Assembly (NCBI GenBank): GCA_951804945.1
Contig: OX638165.1
Location: 30,938,001-31,002,000, forward strand
Source: Podarcis cretensis
Taxonomy: Eukaryota
Length of the DNA: 64,000 nt
Direction: 5' to 3'
Position numbers and translations under genes: made by a program. Shown here in pieces: positions 11,346 through 24,603 of the stretch (its first letter is position 1; the number at the start of each line of letters is the position of its first letter). The notes under the pieces are model-generated. The model saw only the letters and a program-made list of their open reading frames with translations, did no database searches and was not told the DNA's origin.

Positions 11346-12400
11346 TATGGGGATTCTTATTTCAGATTTTAAAAATGGATCGTACCACTGTGTAGTTGGA
11401 GGTTCCTAAGGGTTGGTGGCATCCGTTTAAGTGAAACTTGTGAATGCTCTAGCTCATGATAATGTTAGCATGTTTATGTGTTACTCTATCCTTTATCAAT
11501 TCTCCCATTTAACTGTAAATGGACACAGATATTCCTTCAGGAATTCTGAATCTTCCCTATGTGATACTTTTTAGCATCATGGACTCTAGAGTCTTTGTGT
11601 CTCTGCCATCTACACACTGCAACATTTTCTGCCACTTAGTTAACAATGTTTCAAGGACTGATAGTGTTTGAAATAAAAATAATTATTTAGGAATAATATA
11701 CATCTTGTATTAAACTTCTGACCTATGGGAACGTTTACGTGCTCTATAATGACAATCCTGCTGAATCTGGGCATTCACCAGGTCATAAGTAACTTCATAG
11801 AGCTCATTTGTAAGAGGTTGCTAGATAACTGCTAGGTACAGTTTTACTGAATATTACCATTTTGTCTCAGAATGGTTCTTTCTGACTCTTGTTCACTAAG
11901 AACATTCTCAGATTCATATTATCTCCTTGATGGCCTGATAGCTTCGCACAAGAATTAATGACTAGCTTTAGTTGGTTTTTTGCGGGGCAGGGGGATCTGT
12001 TTTTTTAACCAAAAAAGGAGCCAGCCAGATTGGTAAAAGGGGGAGATGGGGACCTAAGACTTGCTGCTTGTTCTGTTGAGTTGATTCTAATTTGTTTCCT
12101 GCTCCCCTTCAGACAGTGCTTGACCCAGGGGTCATCATCTCCCCTTCAGACAGTGCTTGACCCAGGGGTGCCAACTTGAATAATATATGGGGGGGGCAGG
12201 TGAACACCCACACACACACATAATCGATCACATGACATGGTGCGCACACACCATTTGAATGGCAATTCCTACCAACTTTTTGGGGGCCAAAGACCATAGG
12301 AGTTAAAACTAAGTGTCAATTTTAAATCTCCAGTTTTAATTGTGTCCCTTTTCCTAACACATTAGAACCCTTTGGTGGAGGGGGGGGGGACTTCGACAGC

Positions 12401-12403
<3 letters not shown>

Positions 12404-12431
<28 letters not shown>
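12404..12431. repeat. (CA)n microsatellite
   Basis: Read directly from the sequence. Confidence 0.95.
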
Positions 12432-13219
12432 CAACTTGAAACTCTAATAACTCAAGAACCAAATGGAGAATGCCCAGTGAACTCGTATGTTTTCTAGTTA
12501 TCCAATTTTAATTTTCTGTAATCCTATACAATTACACCTGTATCATTTTTTGGCTTAGTTTAGGAAATAATGACCAAAGTTAATTAAAAGCAAAATTTAT
12601 TTAAAACTTATTTAGCTTACTAAATAAGGAACACAGAAAAGTAGAGGGCAAAGTGAGTCCAATAAATTATTGAGAGGCAAATCCATGTATTTTTCACATG
12701 TTTTATTTCAATAATGTTTCAATAATATAAGGTAGACTGTTACTCTCCCCATATTACTGATGGGGAAGGAAGAGAGAGTGGATTGCCTTAAAACAGTGTG
12801 TGTTAATGGTAGAGTGGAGCTACAGACTTCTATAGCTAAGGTTTTGAACTGTGCCAGATCTTTCTTTGCTATACTACATTGTGTTAATTACCATACCTTT
12901 TCTTTTGTCTGTTGCAGCAGTGTCAGACACTGTTGGCTTAAAGAAGGCACTATACCTAGCAGTAGTTGCACAAACACTTGGGGAAAGATTTGGTTTTGAG
13001 ATTAGAGCTTAGACAATGAGTTTCCAGCCCCATGTGGCAGATCTGAAGAATAATTACTTGGAACAATACATGCAGCTGAATTTGCACTTAACATACAATG
13101 TACTAGTTTCGAAGTTCAGGCGGAATGCTTTGATTTGCCTCTTCATTGAGACAATGTTTTAGTGTTTTTTAAAAAATATTTATATATATATATGTATATG
13201 TCTTCTTTTTCTTTTACAG

Positions 13220-13263
13220 TCCTTTCAGGGAAGCCAGGGGCGAGCCTACCTCTTTAATTCAGT
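13220..13263 (+). CDS. YPEL1: YPEL1 coding exon 2: SFQGSQGRAYLFNSV (last codon split)
   Basis: Acceptor cttttacag, donor GT|gtaagt; 44 nt; continues the frame of the previous exon. Confidence 0.96.
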
Positions 13264-13964
13264 GTAAGTGCAATTATTATTTTCTATGGAATAGGAGGAC
13301 TATTTTACAACAATAGCATGTGAGTGGATTGGCTTGTTGCCTTGGTTTACGCAAGGACCCAAGTTGAGCCCTATGGGATCAACCCAGCGGTCCGTCTAGT
13401 CTAGCAGTCTGCTTCCCACAGTGGCCGGCAGATGTCTTGGAAGCCATCAACATGGCTGAAATACGGTAGCCCTTCTTTGCTGTTGCTCCCTAGCATCTGG
13501 TATTTTGTGGTTTTCAAATACTTTGAATGGTGTGAGAGAAGGGTTTTGCTCTTCCTGCAGAAGGCCACACATCCTTCAGTCAGGCACACGTGGAAGGCTT
13601 CTGAGGGCTGAACGACTATGACTCAGTAATAGAGTGCATGCTTTGCATGCAAAAGAGCCATAGTTCAATCAAGTCTAGATAAGAAAGGTTCCTGGAGAGA
13701 TGCTGGCAACCAGTGTAAACAAAACTGAGCTAGGTAGACTAGTGGGCTGACTTGATATAAGACAGTTTTCTATGTTCCTCTTAATTGGCATTGCCAAAAA
13801 GTTATGTTTGGAACCAGCCCATATGGAAACATCGTTCTAACTATAGATTTTACAATGCAACTTTTTTCTTCTTTAGAGTATCTATTAAAATCCTTTCAGT
13901 GTAGATAATAACTTCTGTTGGTGGCATATGACCACCTTTCCCTAGCCATAGCTAAGAGAAACAT

Positions 13965-14338
13965 GGGACGCGGGTGGCGGTGGTCTAAACCACTGAGCCT
14001 CTTGGGCTTGCCGATCAGAAGGTTGGCGGTTCGAATCCCCGCAATAGGGTGAGCTCCCGTTGCTCTGTCCCAGCTCCTGCCAACTTAGCAGTTCAAAAGC
14101 AGGCCAGTGCAAGTAGATAAATAGGTACCACAGCGGCAGGAAGGTAAACTGTGTTTCCGTGCGCTCTGGTTAGTATCCCGTTGTGCCAGAAGCGGTTTAG
14201 TCCTGCTGGCCACATGACCCAGAAAGCTGTCTGTGGACAAACGCCGGCTCCCTCGGCCTGAAAGCGAGACGAGCACCACAACCCCATAGTTGCCCTTGAC
14301 TGGACTTAACCGTCCACGGATCCTTTACCTTCACCTTT
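13965..14338 (+). mobile_element. Sauria SINE
   Basis: GGGACGCGGGTGGCG head, B-box GGTTCGAATCC, ACCTTT-type tail, flanking agaaacat direct repeat. Confidence 0.9.
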
Positions 14339-14789
14339 AAAAGAAACATAGAAACAAAGCCATAGTTAAAACAAGGACTTTTTTTCCTTCCAGCTGGAGC
14401 TCACCAGAGCTCAGCTCCAGCACCTCTCAGGTGGGCACCATTGCCATTCTAAGAGAACAAGGGAAAACTTCATAAGGAGCTCCAGTACCTCTTTTTCTAG
14501 AAAAATGGCACTGCTTAAAACAATTTACCTGGTAATTAATACTAGGTCGGAAATCACACAGATGTTTAATTTGGTTTGTGTTCAAAAGCTTGGTCTACGT
14601 AAGGAGGAACAAGCAAAGCATCTTGGCTTTAAAATAACTTCCTTGTGTGATGTTGGAAATATTTGCCAAAATCCTGGTGTGAATGATCTTGAGATTTTGT
14701 GTCTAGCATTTGCATATATCTTTCTATTAATGGGAGGGGAAGGAAGATTCTTCTAAAATGGCTCCTGCTTTTCCGACTCTGTCTTGCAG

Positions 14790-14898
14790 GGTGAATGTGG
14801 GCTGTGGTCCTGCGGAAGAGAGAGTTCTTCTGACAGGCTTACATGCAGTAGCAGATATTTATTGTGAAAACTGCAAAACCACTCTTGGATGGAAATAC
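14790..14898 (+). CDS. YPEL1: YPEL1 coding exon 3: [36 protein letters not shown]
   Basis: Acceptor gtcttgcag, donor TAC|gtaagc; 109 nt; second CxxC (CENC); visible in ORF 14758..14958. Confidence 0.97.
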
Positions 14899-15194
14899 GT
14901 AAGCCTTTGCCCATTTTTGGACATGCAACTGCTTGGTTTTGTCTGGTCATTGAAATAGACTATGTGAAAATGTGGGAGTATCTGGGTTGTCGCCAACTAA
15001 GTACTACTCTGAGCAGACTCACTAAAGTTGAGTCTACTCTACACTAAAGTTCAGTGGGTCTAGTCTGAGTACCCCAACATTGATACCCTCTGAGGATAAA
15101 TTGACCAAGTCTGGCTACAATTCAGATCCATGGGTAAAAGTTATCCACATCTTAAAGAGGCAACCCGATGTTCCATCACCAGTTGGCCTTCCCC

Positions 15195-15224
<30 letters not shown>
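15195..15224. repeat. (TAG)10 microsatellite
   Basis: Read directly from the sequence. Confidence 0.95.
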
Positions 15225-15225
<1 letters not shown>

Positions 15226-16459
15226 TATTGTTGTTATTACCACCCACCCACCCCAAGAAAGGCACAGGGCAGGCTACAGCAATGTAAAAAGCAACAGTTT
15301 AAAGCAAATTGCATTCAGACCTGGAGTGGGTCCTAGAAATATGAATTTCAGGTCATATTTGCTGCTTTGAAGTGTGGCAGGTACCTGACACAGACCCTGC
15401 TTAGATATGGTGTGGGGCTCATAACAAGCAGTTTTCAGAGCCACCTGCCGGGGAGTCTGCTTTTGTTACTGATGCATGAGGACCCGTCCTTCTGCCATCC
15501 CTCTTACTTATTTGAGTGCAGGACTACTGCCACTGGGGATGGGGTGCTCTTAGAGAGAGCCCGGGTTCCTTCCTAGAATTCTAAGTTTTCATAGTACATA
15601 GTCTTTTCTTTGCAAAATGTAATGAAAAGTATACTAGCAAAAGTCTTCCCAAGTAAGAAGTAAATTTCCCATTTCCCAGGAGCATAAAGGCACTTGAATG
15701 AAAAATTATTTTATTAACATTACCTGTATTTAAATTCAAAGGGTTCTATCCAACTAAGGTTCCATTCACACTATACAATTAAAGCACCATGCTGCCACTT
15801 TAAACAGCCAAGTCTCCCCCCCCCCAAAGAATTCTGGGGGCTGTAGATTGTTAGGAGACCCCTATTCTCCTTCCAGCGCTATAATTCCCAGAGCAGTTTA
15901 ACAATTTCTCTCTCTTCCCAGGGTGATGTGGCCAAAGCCCAGCTTTCAGTGGACGCAATGAAATTAATGGTCCATCATTAGCCACATCCATTTCTTTCAA
16001 TGGGTCTGCTAATTTTAGTATGACTGACTTTGCGTTGCTCTGCATTGCTACTTCCCCCACCCCTTCCTCTGGAGTATGCTTAGGCTTCCCTCATTGCCGT
16101 ATGTCTGGCCCCACACCTCAAACGGCATCAACAGAGGACATTGACTGGGCTCCCCCATACATTTACTCCTTTTTCACTGGGACAGGATTGCCTGGGTAGC
16201 ACCACGGGGACTTTGTGATGCACACAGTATTTCATAAAGCATAGGATATTGATTCTGACACTGGGCGGGAACCAGCCTCAAGGTCATCTCTGCTGTGACT
16301 GTACCTAAAGGAAGTTAATTTCCACAGGATTTGCATTCCTCAAAGTCTGATACTGTAGATGATAGGAATAAAACAAACCCAAAAGTAATCTTCATTAAAT
16401 TCTGGTTGTTGGTATTGAATAGTTTCTCAATGGCAAAGAAGCATGGGATAGCTTTAAAC

Positions 16460-16691
16460 CAGGCATGTCCAACTCCCAAGAGATTGTGATCTACCCATTG
16501 CCATTGGAGGGAGGAGCGTGCATGGGGTGGGTGGATTGCCCAGAGTTGTTGAGCTTTTTGGGTGGAGGATTGCACAGAGTTTTTTTTAGCTTTCCCCCCA
16601 TAACTTTTTGTACATGATAAGGATCCCATGATCTACCAGGATTAGCCAGGGATCTACCGGTAGATCGCAAACTACAGGTTGGACACCCCTG
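16460..16691. mobile_element. hAT-type MITE
   Basis: TIR CAGGCATGTCCAAC / GTTGGACACCCCTG with a perfect 8-bp TSD CTTTAAAC. Confidence 0.9.
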
Positions 16692-17236
16692 CTTTAAACC
16701 AACTGGGAGAGACCTCTGCCCCTTGAGCCTAACTAGACCTTTTAGGCTTTCCAGTGAGGCTGTTCTGGGCTGGCCATGCCCATCTACCATTTACCTGACA
16801 CCATGAGCTTGTTAGATAAAGCTGTGGCTGAAAAGGAGCAATCCGGAGCCTTTGAGTTCTCCTGCTTTTGGCGCTGCTTAAATATGGCACCAAATACAAG
16901 CCCTGCGGCTTTTGCTCAGGTCACTCTACTGATCATACGGAATCAGGTGACTTGTAGGTGAGCAGCTGTGCCCACCTGACAAATATGCCTATGGAGGGTT
17001 GGCCACTGATTGATCTAGTCCTCTGGTTAAAAGTGGTTTCCACTCTTGCTTTAAATCAACAGTCATCTGCCAATAATTGAGTCATCCGTCTTTCGTTCAT
17101 ACAGTGATGCCAAAGTGCATAAAGTACAACAGTTAAGCTGAGCAGTACTCTTGCCTTGCCCCTAACGGATACGTTAAGAAGCGTTCATATTTGAAGCGGC
17201 GGATAACGGAATCTAATATTTTATTTTCTTGCCTAG

Positions 17237-17326
17237 GAACATGCGTTTGAAAGCAGTCAGAAATATAAAGAAGGAAAATTCATCATTGAACTTGCCCACA
17301 TGATCAAAGACAATGGCTGGGAGTAA
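17237..17326 (+). CDS. YPEL1: YPEL1 final coding exon: EHAFESSQKYKEGKFIIELAHMIKDNGWE*
   Basis: Acceptor ttcttgcctag; 90 nt ending in TAA. The four exons total 360 nt = 119 aa + stop. KFII and GWE are YPEL1-type residues. Confidence 0.97.
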   Translation, partial: EHAFESSQKYKEGKFIIELAHMIKDNGWE

Positions 17327-20300
17327 ATGGGAACACTTCTCTCTCTCTTTGGACAATTAACCTGTGGAACATGCTTTATAAAGACTAATGCAAAAAGGAT
17401 TTTGGTCCGGCTGGCTGAGAAAATCGCTGCGTTTTTGAAACCTCCAAACTGAGTAGTGTAATTTTGTGCCCCCCTCCCTTTCCCCAAAAGGCCATCTTTT
17501 GCCTTTTTCTCTTTGTGTAAGTTTCCCTCTTTTTGTATATGTATTCCTGTGTGAACAGTTGTTTTGGATCGACTTTTTCTACAAACTCTAGAGGAATAAT
17601 TCCCTAATTTCAAATTACTTTTAATAGCTAGCGCTCTCTTTTGACCTGTGCTTTTTAAATGCTCCTTCCTTCTGTGCATGCTTTTTGCCCATCACCTGTC
17701 CCGGAATTTTGTTGAAGGCCTGCGTGAACAGTCCTAGAGAGAATGTAAGGCATGTTCCTTCCCCATGACCCCAAACATAGCAATTTCTGTGCTCTCTTTG
17801 CAGTGAGAAGGACATAACATTGTAGTAACCATTAGTTCTTTTCTTTTTCTTTTTTAAAGTACTGCAGCTTGTGTGTATCTTTGGGCAGGTTGGTTAAAGG
17901 TTTAGTCATTTGTAGTGGCTGAGGTTTATAAATCCTTGCTTTTATTTAAAGAAAATGAGAAGCGAGGGTGGAATAATAATTTACAAGGTCAACTAACTTA
18001 TAAGGTCTGACCGAAATCAAAACATTCCTAAGAAACTTTGCTTTTTTAAGAAAGAATGTCTTAGCAAAGTTTTCAAGATCAAAGGATGCAACTATATGCA
18101 GCTCTTATTTTTAATGTCATGTAAAATGTCTCGGTACTGTACCTTTAACAGGGACTTGTACATCCACTGAAGTTTTTATGGCTGGTTCCATGTAGCTACA
18201 TAGTTTTTAATGCACTGGATAAAGAGGTTGATATCGGTGAAGTGATTTGCTCTTGCAGTCCTTAAACACACAGGATTATTTTTGTGTGTGAAAGTGGCCA
18301 GAGCCTCTAGCTGTTACCTGTGGGAGGTTGGAAGTTGGGGAGCAGGTAAAAAAAAATGCAAATTGACTTCTTCATGCTAGGTTTTTTAAAGGGCGTTTGA
18401 TTTGCTGGCTGAATCATCCCTGAGCACATTTTGTAATAAACAGTTATGTGAAATAAGCATCAACTTGTAATTTCCCCCAGCTGCTGCTTTTTGTGGGGTG
18501 ACTCAGTCAGACACTTCCACTATGTGTGTGTGTGTGTGTGTGTGTAAAGTTCACTGATGGGAACTTTCCTGCACACTGTTTCAAGAGATTTGAATAATTT
18601 TTATGTCATGATTTTTGCATTAATATTCTAAAATTTATGAGAGGAGGAACGGATTGGAGGATATTTTACACTAACACCACATAGCTGCTGATAGCATGAA
18701 TAATATGGAAAGCCTTACATTGGAAAATCTGCTCCTTTCTAATACAATGTCTTTTACATGGCGTAAGAAAAACTTTGCATTGTTCCTCTCTGCTGGCTGC
18801 TGCTATCCTTGTCTGATGGGCTTTCAAGTCTCTACTGCACTTTAGCTATATCTTTCATGTTAAAAGTAAGAGTAATCTTTCCCTAAAGAGGAATTGTCCC
18901 TTCCCTCTTCTGTTTGAAGAATTATTTCCCAAGCAAACTATCTGGGAAGTAGTATGGTTACACTGTGATGCAAAAAAAGGATATTGAATATATCTGTTTA
19001 AGTGTGTGTGTACATAGTTACCTCTTAGGCATTCAAATCCAAAGAGCTGTACTAGTGACAGCTAGATTCAAATTTTGTTTTGCTGAATGACCTTTTATTC
19101 TGGTGCTTAATTTAATATGAATGAGGGTTTGTGTGTGTTTTTTATCCATTAATCTTCAGTACAGTACTTGATCTAAATGTACACTAGAACCAGGAGTTAT
19201 CTTGACTCACGCCTAGACAGCAGCAGCTTCAGCCGCCCTCATCGACCGCAGGCCGCTGAAGTTTCTCTTAAGAGGAGCTATTTCCTCATGAGAAGACTTG
19301 GCATCTGGTATCCTCCTTAGTGCTGCCATCACAGATCTTTCCAGTCCCCTTGGACTAGGAGTAATCAGCATGGGAACCTAGAATAGGCAGGCACTGTGTG
19401 TCTTGTGGGTTAGTGACTTGTGCAAACATCTGTCTGGTGTGCCTCGCTAAATATCAGTAAACTGACTTTATTTATTTTGTATCGCTTTCAAATCGCTTTA
19501 TCCGAAAGGTCTGGTTTTCCTATCTTCCCTCCACTGCTTATGGCTGAAACAGTAAATAACTTGAACTATATTCTAACTGGTACAGTATCCACTGCCAACC
19601 ATGTAAGTACTGAAATCGTAAGCAGATGGGCACTGTTGTTGGCTCACGATGCTGGCTGTAAGCCATACCAGCTATGAAACTGTCGCTAGAAGCATATCTT
19701 TTTCAATAGCATGGTTCCTCCTTGGTTTAAATGTATCTCACCTAGTACTTACAGGAATTAGAGGACAAATTTCGGTCAGGTCTTTTGGGCAGGAGTTTGA
19801 GACTCAAAAGAGTTTGAGAGACAAAATCCAACCTCTTTTTATCAGTGCATTATTCATATTCTAAACCTAAATCACTTAGGTCAAAACTACATGTTGGAGG
19901 CAAGCATGTAACTATCCTTCCTTAAAAGTTGAAAATTCACTTTGGGATGAAAAGAGTAGAGACGGGAGATGCTTAGACTTCTCCCTGCTGCAAATCATTT
20001 CCCCAAGTATTCTCCCTCTGCCCCCAAGGTTTCAATTGTATGTTTGTATTTTGGGGGCAAGCCGTGGGTAGGGCGTGAAGAGGGGCTGGAGTGGAGCTCC
20101 TCTTCTCTATCTTGCTTTTCCATTCTTACTAATTCTCCCAAATGTTTTATGGTTAAAAAAAAAAAGAGGGGCTTTTAAGAAAACACACTTGCACATATTG
20201 TATAGTTTGGCCTTCTGGGTACAAGGTTTCACCTAAACCGTTTGTTAAACCTGGATGCCAAAAACTTGAGATTTTTATTTTTTAGCTGGCACCTGGAGTA

Positions 20301-22290
20301 TCAAATTGCGGGTAAAAATCTAATGCAAGTCATTTGTAGTGATAAGGCATTTAAGAATACCAAATAGAGCAATATTTTTATGGATTTTGAAAAGGGGATG
20401 GGAAGGGTGGTAGAGAATTCTAAATCTAAAAATGATACTGTAGGTATCAAGTAGCATTGCATATTAGATCCTTTGGGGGAAATGAATGATTTTACTTGGC
20501 ATTGTAGGAAGGTCTTTAAAACTGGGTGCTTCAATTTTACAGGTTGGGTGTCAGTGGGATCCAGATACTGCTGGATGTTGGTTGATGTATAAAAGGTCAG
20601 TCTGGTTACTGAACTTTCCAGCATTACATAAGCATAATACTTGAACATTTTTCAAAACATTTACCCTCTTAACCATTTTGAGTGTGTGTAATGTATTCTA
20701 TTTAAGGTTTTGTGTGTTCTTTCTGTGTAAGTTTACGCTATCCCTTCAACTTGAGCACTTTTGTTACCTGTTATTTTTATTACTGTTGGTCTTAACATTT
20801 ATTATATATATATATATATTTTATAAATTGTAACGACGATTTTTTGTGAACTTCTGTGTGCTACCTACTAGCTCCCCCCCCTTTTTTTTTTTGGACTAGA
20901 TGAACTGACTACAAGCTGGTTCTTGGGAAGAATGTTCATTTGCACATACAGAAAATGTGCTCGCAAAGTGTACATGTATTGAGGTGTTTTTCCCTTCGAA
21001 CTCAATAGTCATGGTTAGCATAAACTAACCAAGCAGTATGGCATGACTGAGGGCCAGATCAGGCAATTTAAAAATCTCCATGTGGAAGAAGGAACGTCTA
21101 ATCTTGCAGAACCACATTGGCAGGCACCTAGGAAAGTAAACGCTAGGAAACATTGCCATGACGTGGTCATGCTAGATCAGATGCTAACTTCCTCCATGCA
21201 GATGTATCTATAAGGATGCTGATGTGAAACTTTTTGGTGCATCTGAACTAGCCCCACTGTGCAACTTTCCCCCCCTCTTCCATTTTTTCTAGCTCCTTTG
21301 GTGTGAGCGTTACAATAGTAAGAACCAATTTCATGAGGCGGTTATTTCTCTAACAGCTGTGAATGGCTTTTAACCACTGGAAGAAAACACCAGGCTTCCA
21401 GAATATTAAGTTGCATTATTTCACCACTCGTCCCAATAAAAGCTTGCTTCTCGGCCTAATCAGTCTTGTTATACATATGGATTTGACTTGCTGTGCTATT
21501 GCCATGAATCCTATTATGTAACAACCCAGAACAACTTGAACTCGCCTCGGCCCGTTTGTTCAACAAGGCTAAGGAGCATTGCTTTCCTCACGGCCCAAGT
21601 TTAACTATATTATGTTGTGAAGTTGAAATTACCAATGTCTCTCTAAATTGCTTTATTACCTGTATGATGAACCTTATGTCACAGGACTGTGTTATGCATA
21701 ACCGTTACTGAAAGCTCCCTTGGTGTCGGGTGAAATTAAGACTTCAGAGGAGCAGTGTTTCCCTTTTGAGGGAAAGGGACAGTGCACTTTGGTCATTAAT
21801 ATGAATGTCAGCATTAATTGGGCTGTACCATTTTGATTTCTAATAAATCTGAAATGTGAGATTTACAAAAATATGCTGTTTTTTTCAGAGAAGATTATGG
21901 TCTGCTATGATAACCTGTTTTATGACGACTCAACCCAGATAGCCACAGTTTCTTATCCAGCTTTGTATAATGGTGAAAGGAATGACAGCAAATGTTCAAG
22001 TTAATGGTGCATGCTGTACCATTAGTGTAGAGGCAACCACCAGTAATCTTATGCTGCCGTGAACAGGGATTTCACAGAAGCAAAGTAGGGTCAAAAACAG
22101 GAGTCATAGCAGGTGCCCATTGACTTGTGCCTCTTTGCTGGAACGCTTTTGGAAAAACGCTTACTTTTTGCACAGCTGATGTGGCTTCTTTCTGGTTTTT
22201 GTCTTGGCAATACTGTACACAAGTTGTTGTTTCCCTTTATTGTATCTACTTGAGGTATCACAATAAACGTTTTCAGTTTTGTTGAATTTT
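17327..22290 (+). other. YPEL1: YPEL1 long 3' UTR with candidate polyA signals
   Basis: TE-free, U-rich sequence. AATAAA at 18435, 21435, 21842 and 22262; the last is followed by a T/GT-rich downstream element. Confidence 0.65.
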
Positions 22291-23665
22291 GTGCTTCCCC
22301 CGCCCCTCCCCCTTTAAGAGGATGAAGAAGAGTCACATTTTAGCGAGAAAGCAATTCTTACACAAAACTTGAAGTTTTTGTTGCAAACCTTTAAAGCTAC
22401 ACTTTATGAAAGATTCTAGTTCCACTTTCCCTGGACCACTATTAGGGTGTAAAGGGCAATTGGTGCTGGCTGCTACTGATGTGGGAGAATGATCTGCTGG
22501 TCACGGTATAAAATCCAAAAATGAAAAGTGGTAGGGCCAGCACATGAATGTACACTGTTCTAGTCAGCCATGCCTTCCCCCACAATTGTCTCTTCTATCC
22601 TTCCCAGCAGTCAATTCTCAGTCCATGGCAACTGAGCATGCTTGGCTTTCGCTGAGCTATTTCCCTGTAAATAATTATGTTTGTCCTACTTCCTTGCAAG
22701 CTTGGGATTCCCTTGAGTTTGCTGGTATGGTTTTGGCTGCATAAGGCTCAAAACCTGGAAAGCTGAAATCGTCATCAGTATAGCCTGTTCTCGATCAGTC
22801 TGTAAATTCAGTGCCCACCATTGATACCTTAGATATTCCATATGCCAATGAAAAAAAAAAAGTAAATTTTCTTATTCAACTTGTTAAGTATAGAGGTAGG
22901 AAGGAGATAGTGGCGGACCAGCTATCCCAGACTAATATTGAAATGCTAAGAAGTGTTGGATTAAAGCAGAAATGCAAATTCGTAGGCAAAAGGAATTTAG
23001 GAGTCTTAATTTTCCTCCATTCTTGGACTGACCAATCATGATTCCAGAATTAGGTCTCACTGCCTGCCTGCAGATGGTCCTTTCACAGGGAAGGAGGCAA
23101 AAGTTAAAGAGAGCCTATTTTTTCCACCCCATATAAGGCAGAGGATCGCATGTCTGAAGACTGCCCATGGGTTTGAAGAAGAAGGGAAGGAATCCACCCA
23201 GAGTCAATAGAGGATAAATTTTCAAGATGCATAAAATGATGTCAAGCCCGCTGTGTTCAAAATAAAACCTTCCCCAGGGGCTCCGCAAAAATGAGTGTTT
23301 GCTTCTCAAATACTAGAAAAACTGGAGCATAGGCAGGGCAGAGAGAAAGGGATGCCCTGACCCCACCAGTTCTGGCTCCATTCACTACCAGCATGCAACC
23401 CTTTGACATATTAAGCAGCCTTCAACTGCTGGAAAAAGTCCCTCCACTTCTTCTATAGAGGCTTCTGTTGGGGAAATAACACCAGAAGGAGCAAAGGTGT
23501 TCACTCAGAGCCATATCCTCGGAGGCCTTGGGAAAGGGTTCACCAGTGCAACCTCCTTCCAAGGACAGCTGCAGCATTGCTTGCTGTCAGGAAAACACAT
23601 GACTCATAAATTTTACAGTTAAGCAGGAGCACCAAGTATTGGTCACTGTAATTTTCCACCCACAC

Positions 23666-23818
23666 NNNNNNNNNNNNNNNNNNNNNNNNNNNNNNNNNNN
23701 NNNNNNNNNNNNNNNNNNNNNNNNNNNNNNNNNNNNNNNNNNNNNNNNNNNNNNNNNNNNNNNNNNNNNNNNNNNNNNNNNNNNNNNNNNNNNNNNNNNN
23801 NNNNNNNNNNNNNNNNNN
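23666..23818. other. Assembly gap (153 N)
   Basis: Run of N flanked by CACAC and AC, suggesting an unresolved (CA)n repeat. Confidence 0.99.
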
Positions 23819-23927
23819 ACATATTTACAAAAGATAATGGCAATCGGACACTTTTGGACCTTGACACAACATGGATGCTGTGTAAAAGCTGTTAGCAGCT
23901 CAACGTTTAAGTTACCTAGAGAGATTA

Positions 23928-24175
23928 GAGCCAGTGTGGTGTAGTGGTTAAGAGCAGTGGACTCGTAATCTGGGGAACCGGGTTCGCATCTCCGCTCCTT
24001 CACATGCAGCTGCTGGGTGACCTTGGGCTAGTCACACTTCTTTGAAGTCTCTCAGCCTCACTCACCTCACAGAGTGTTTGTTGTGGGGGAGGAAGGGAAA
24101 GGAGAATGTTAGCCGCTTTGAGACTCCTTAGGGTAGTGATAAAGTGGGATATCAAATCCAAAATCCTCTTCTTCT
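23928..24175 (+). mobile_element. tRNA-derived squamate SINE (Squam3-like)
   Basis: A-box TGGTGTAGTGG, B-box GGTTCGCATCTCC, MIR/CORE-like body (gtgaccttgggctagtcac), CTT tail. Confidence 0.8.
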
Positions 24176-24603
24176 AGACAAATGCAAGGAGGATGAAGCT
24201 ATGTTCCATTTCCACTGTTGGGAGGCAACATGCATCTGAATGTCAGGTGCTGGAAAATCACAAGGGGGACAAATAATGTTGCGCTCAATTTGTGCTTGCA
24301 CACTGGCCACACTGAGAACAGAATGCTGGACTGGATGGGCTATTGGCCTGATCCCAGGTGCGCCACTGAGAAACCTGCAAGCAGGACTTGAGCCCAATAA
24401 TGCTCTCCCCTATTATGGTTTCCAGCAACTGGCTTTCAGAAACCTTACTGCCTCCCCGAAGGCCAAATGTGGAGAAAGAGAATACCTCCATAATGGCTAG
24501 TGGCCACTGATTGCCTGATCCTCCAGGAACTTGTCCAATCTTCTTTTAAAGCCATCCAAGTTGGTGGCCATCACTGTCACCTGTGTAAGAGAAGAGTTCC
24601 TTA

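Noticed and set aside
7805-17326. Assignment as YPEL2 or YPEL3
   Set aside because: Diagnostic residues (TKSK, LPNC, KFII, GWE) and adjacency to PPIL2 indicate YPEL1.
23587-24003. ORFs spanning the N run
   Set aside because: Artefacts of translating through the assembly gap.
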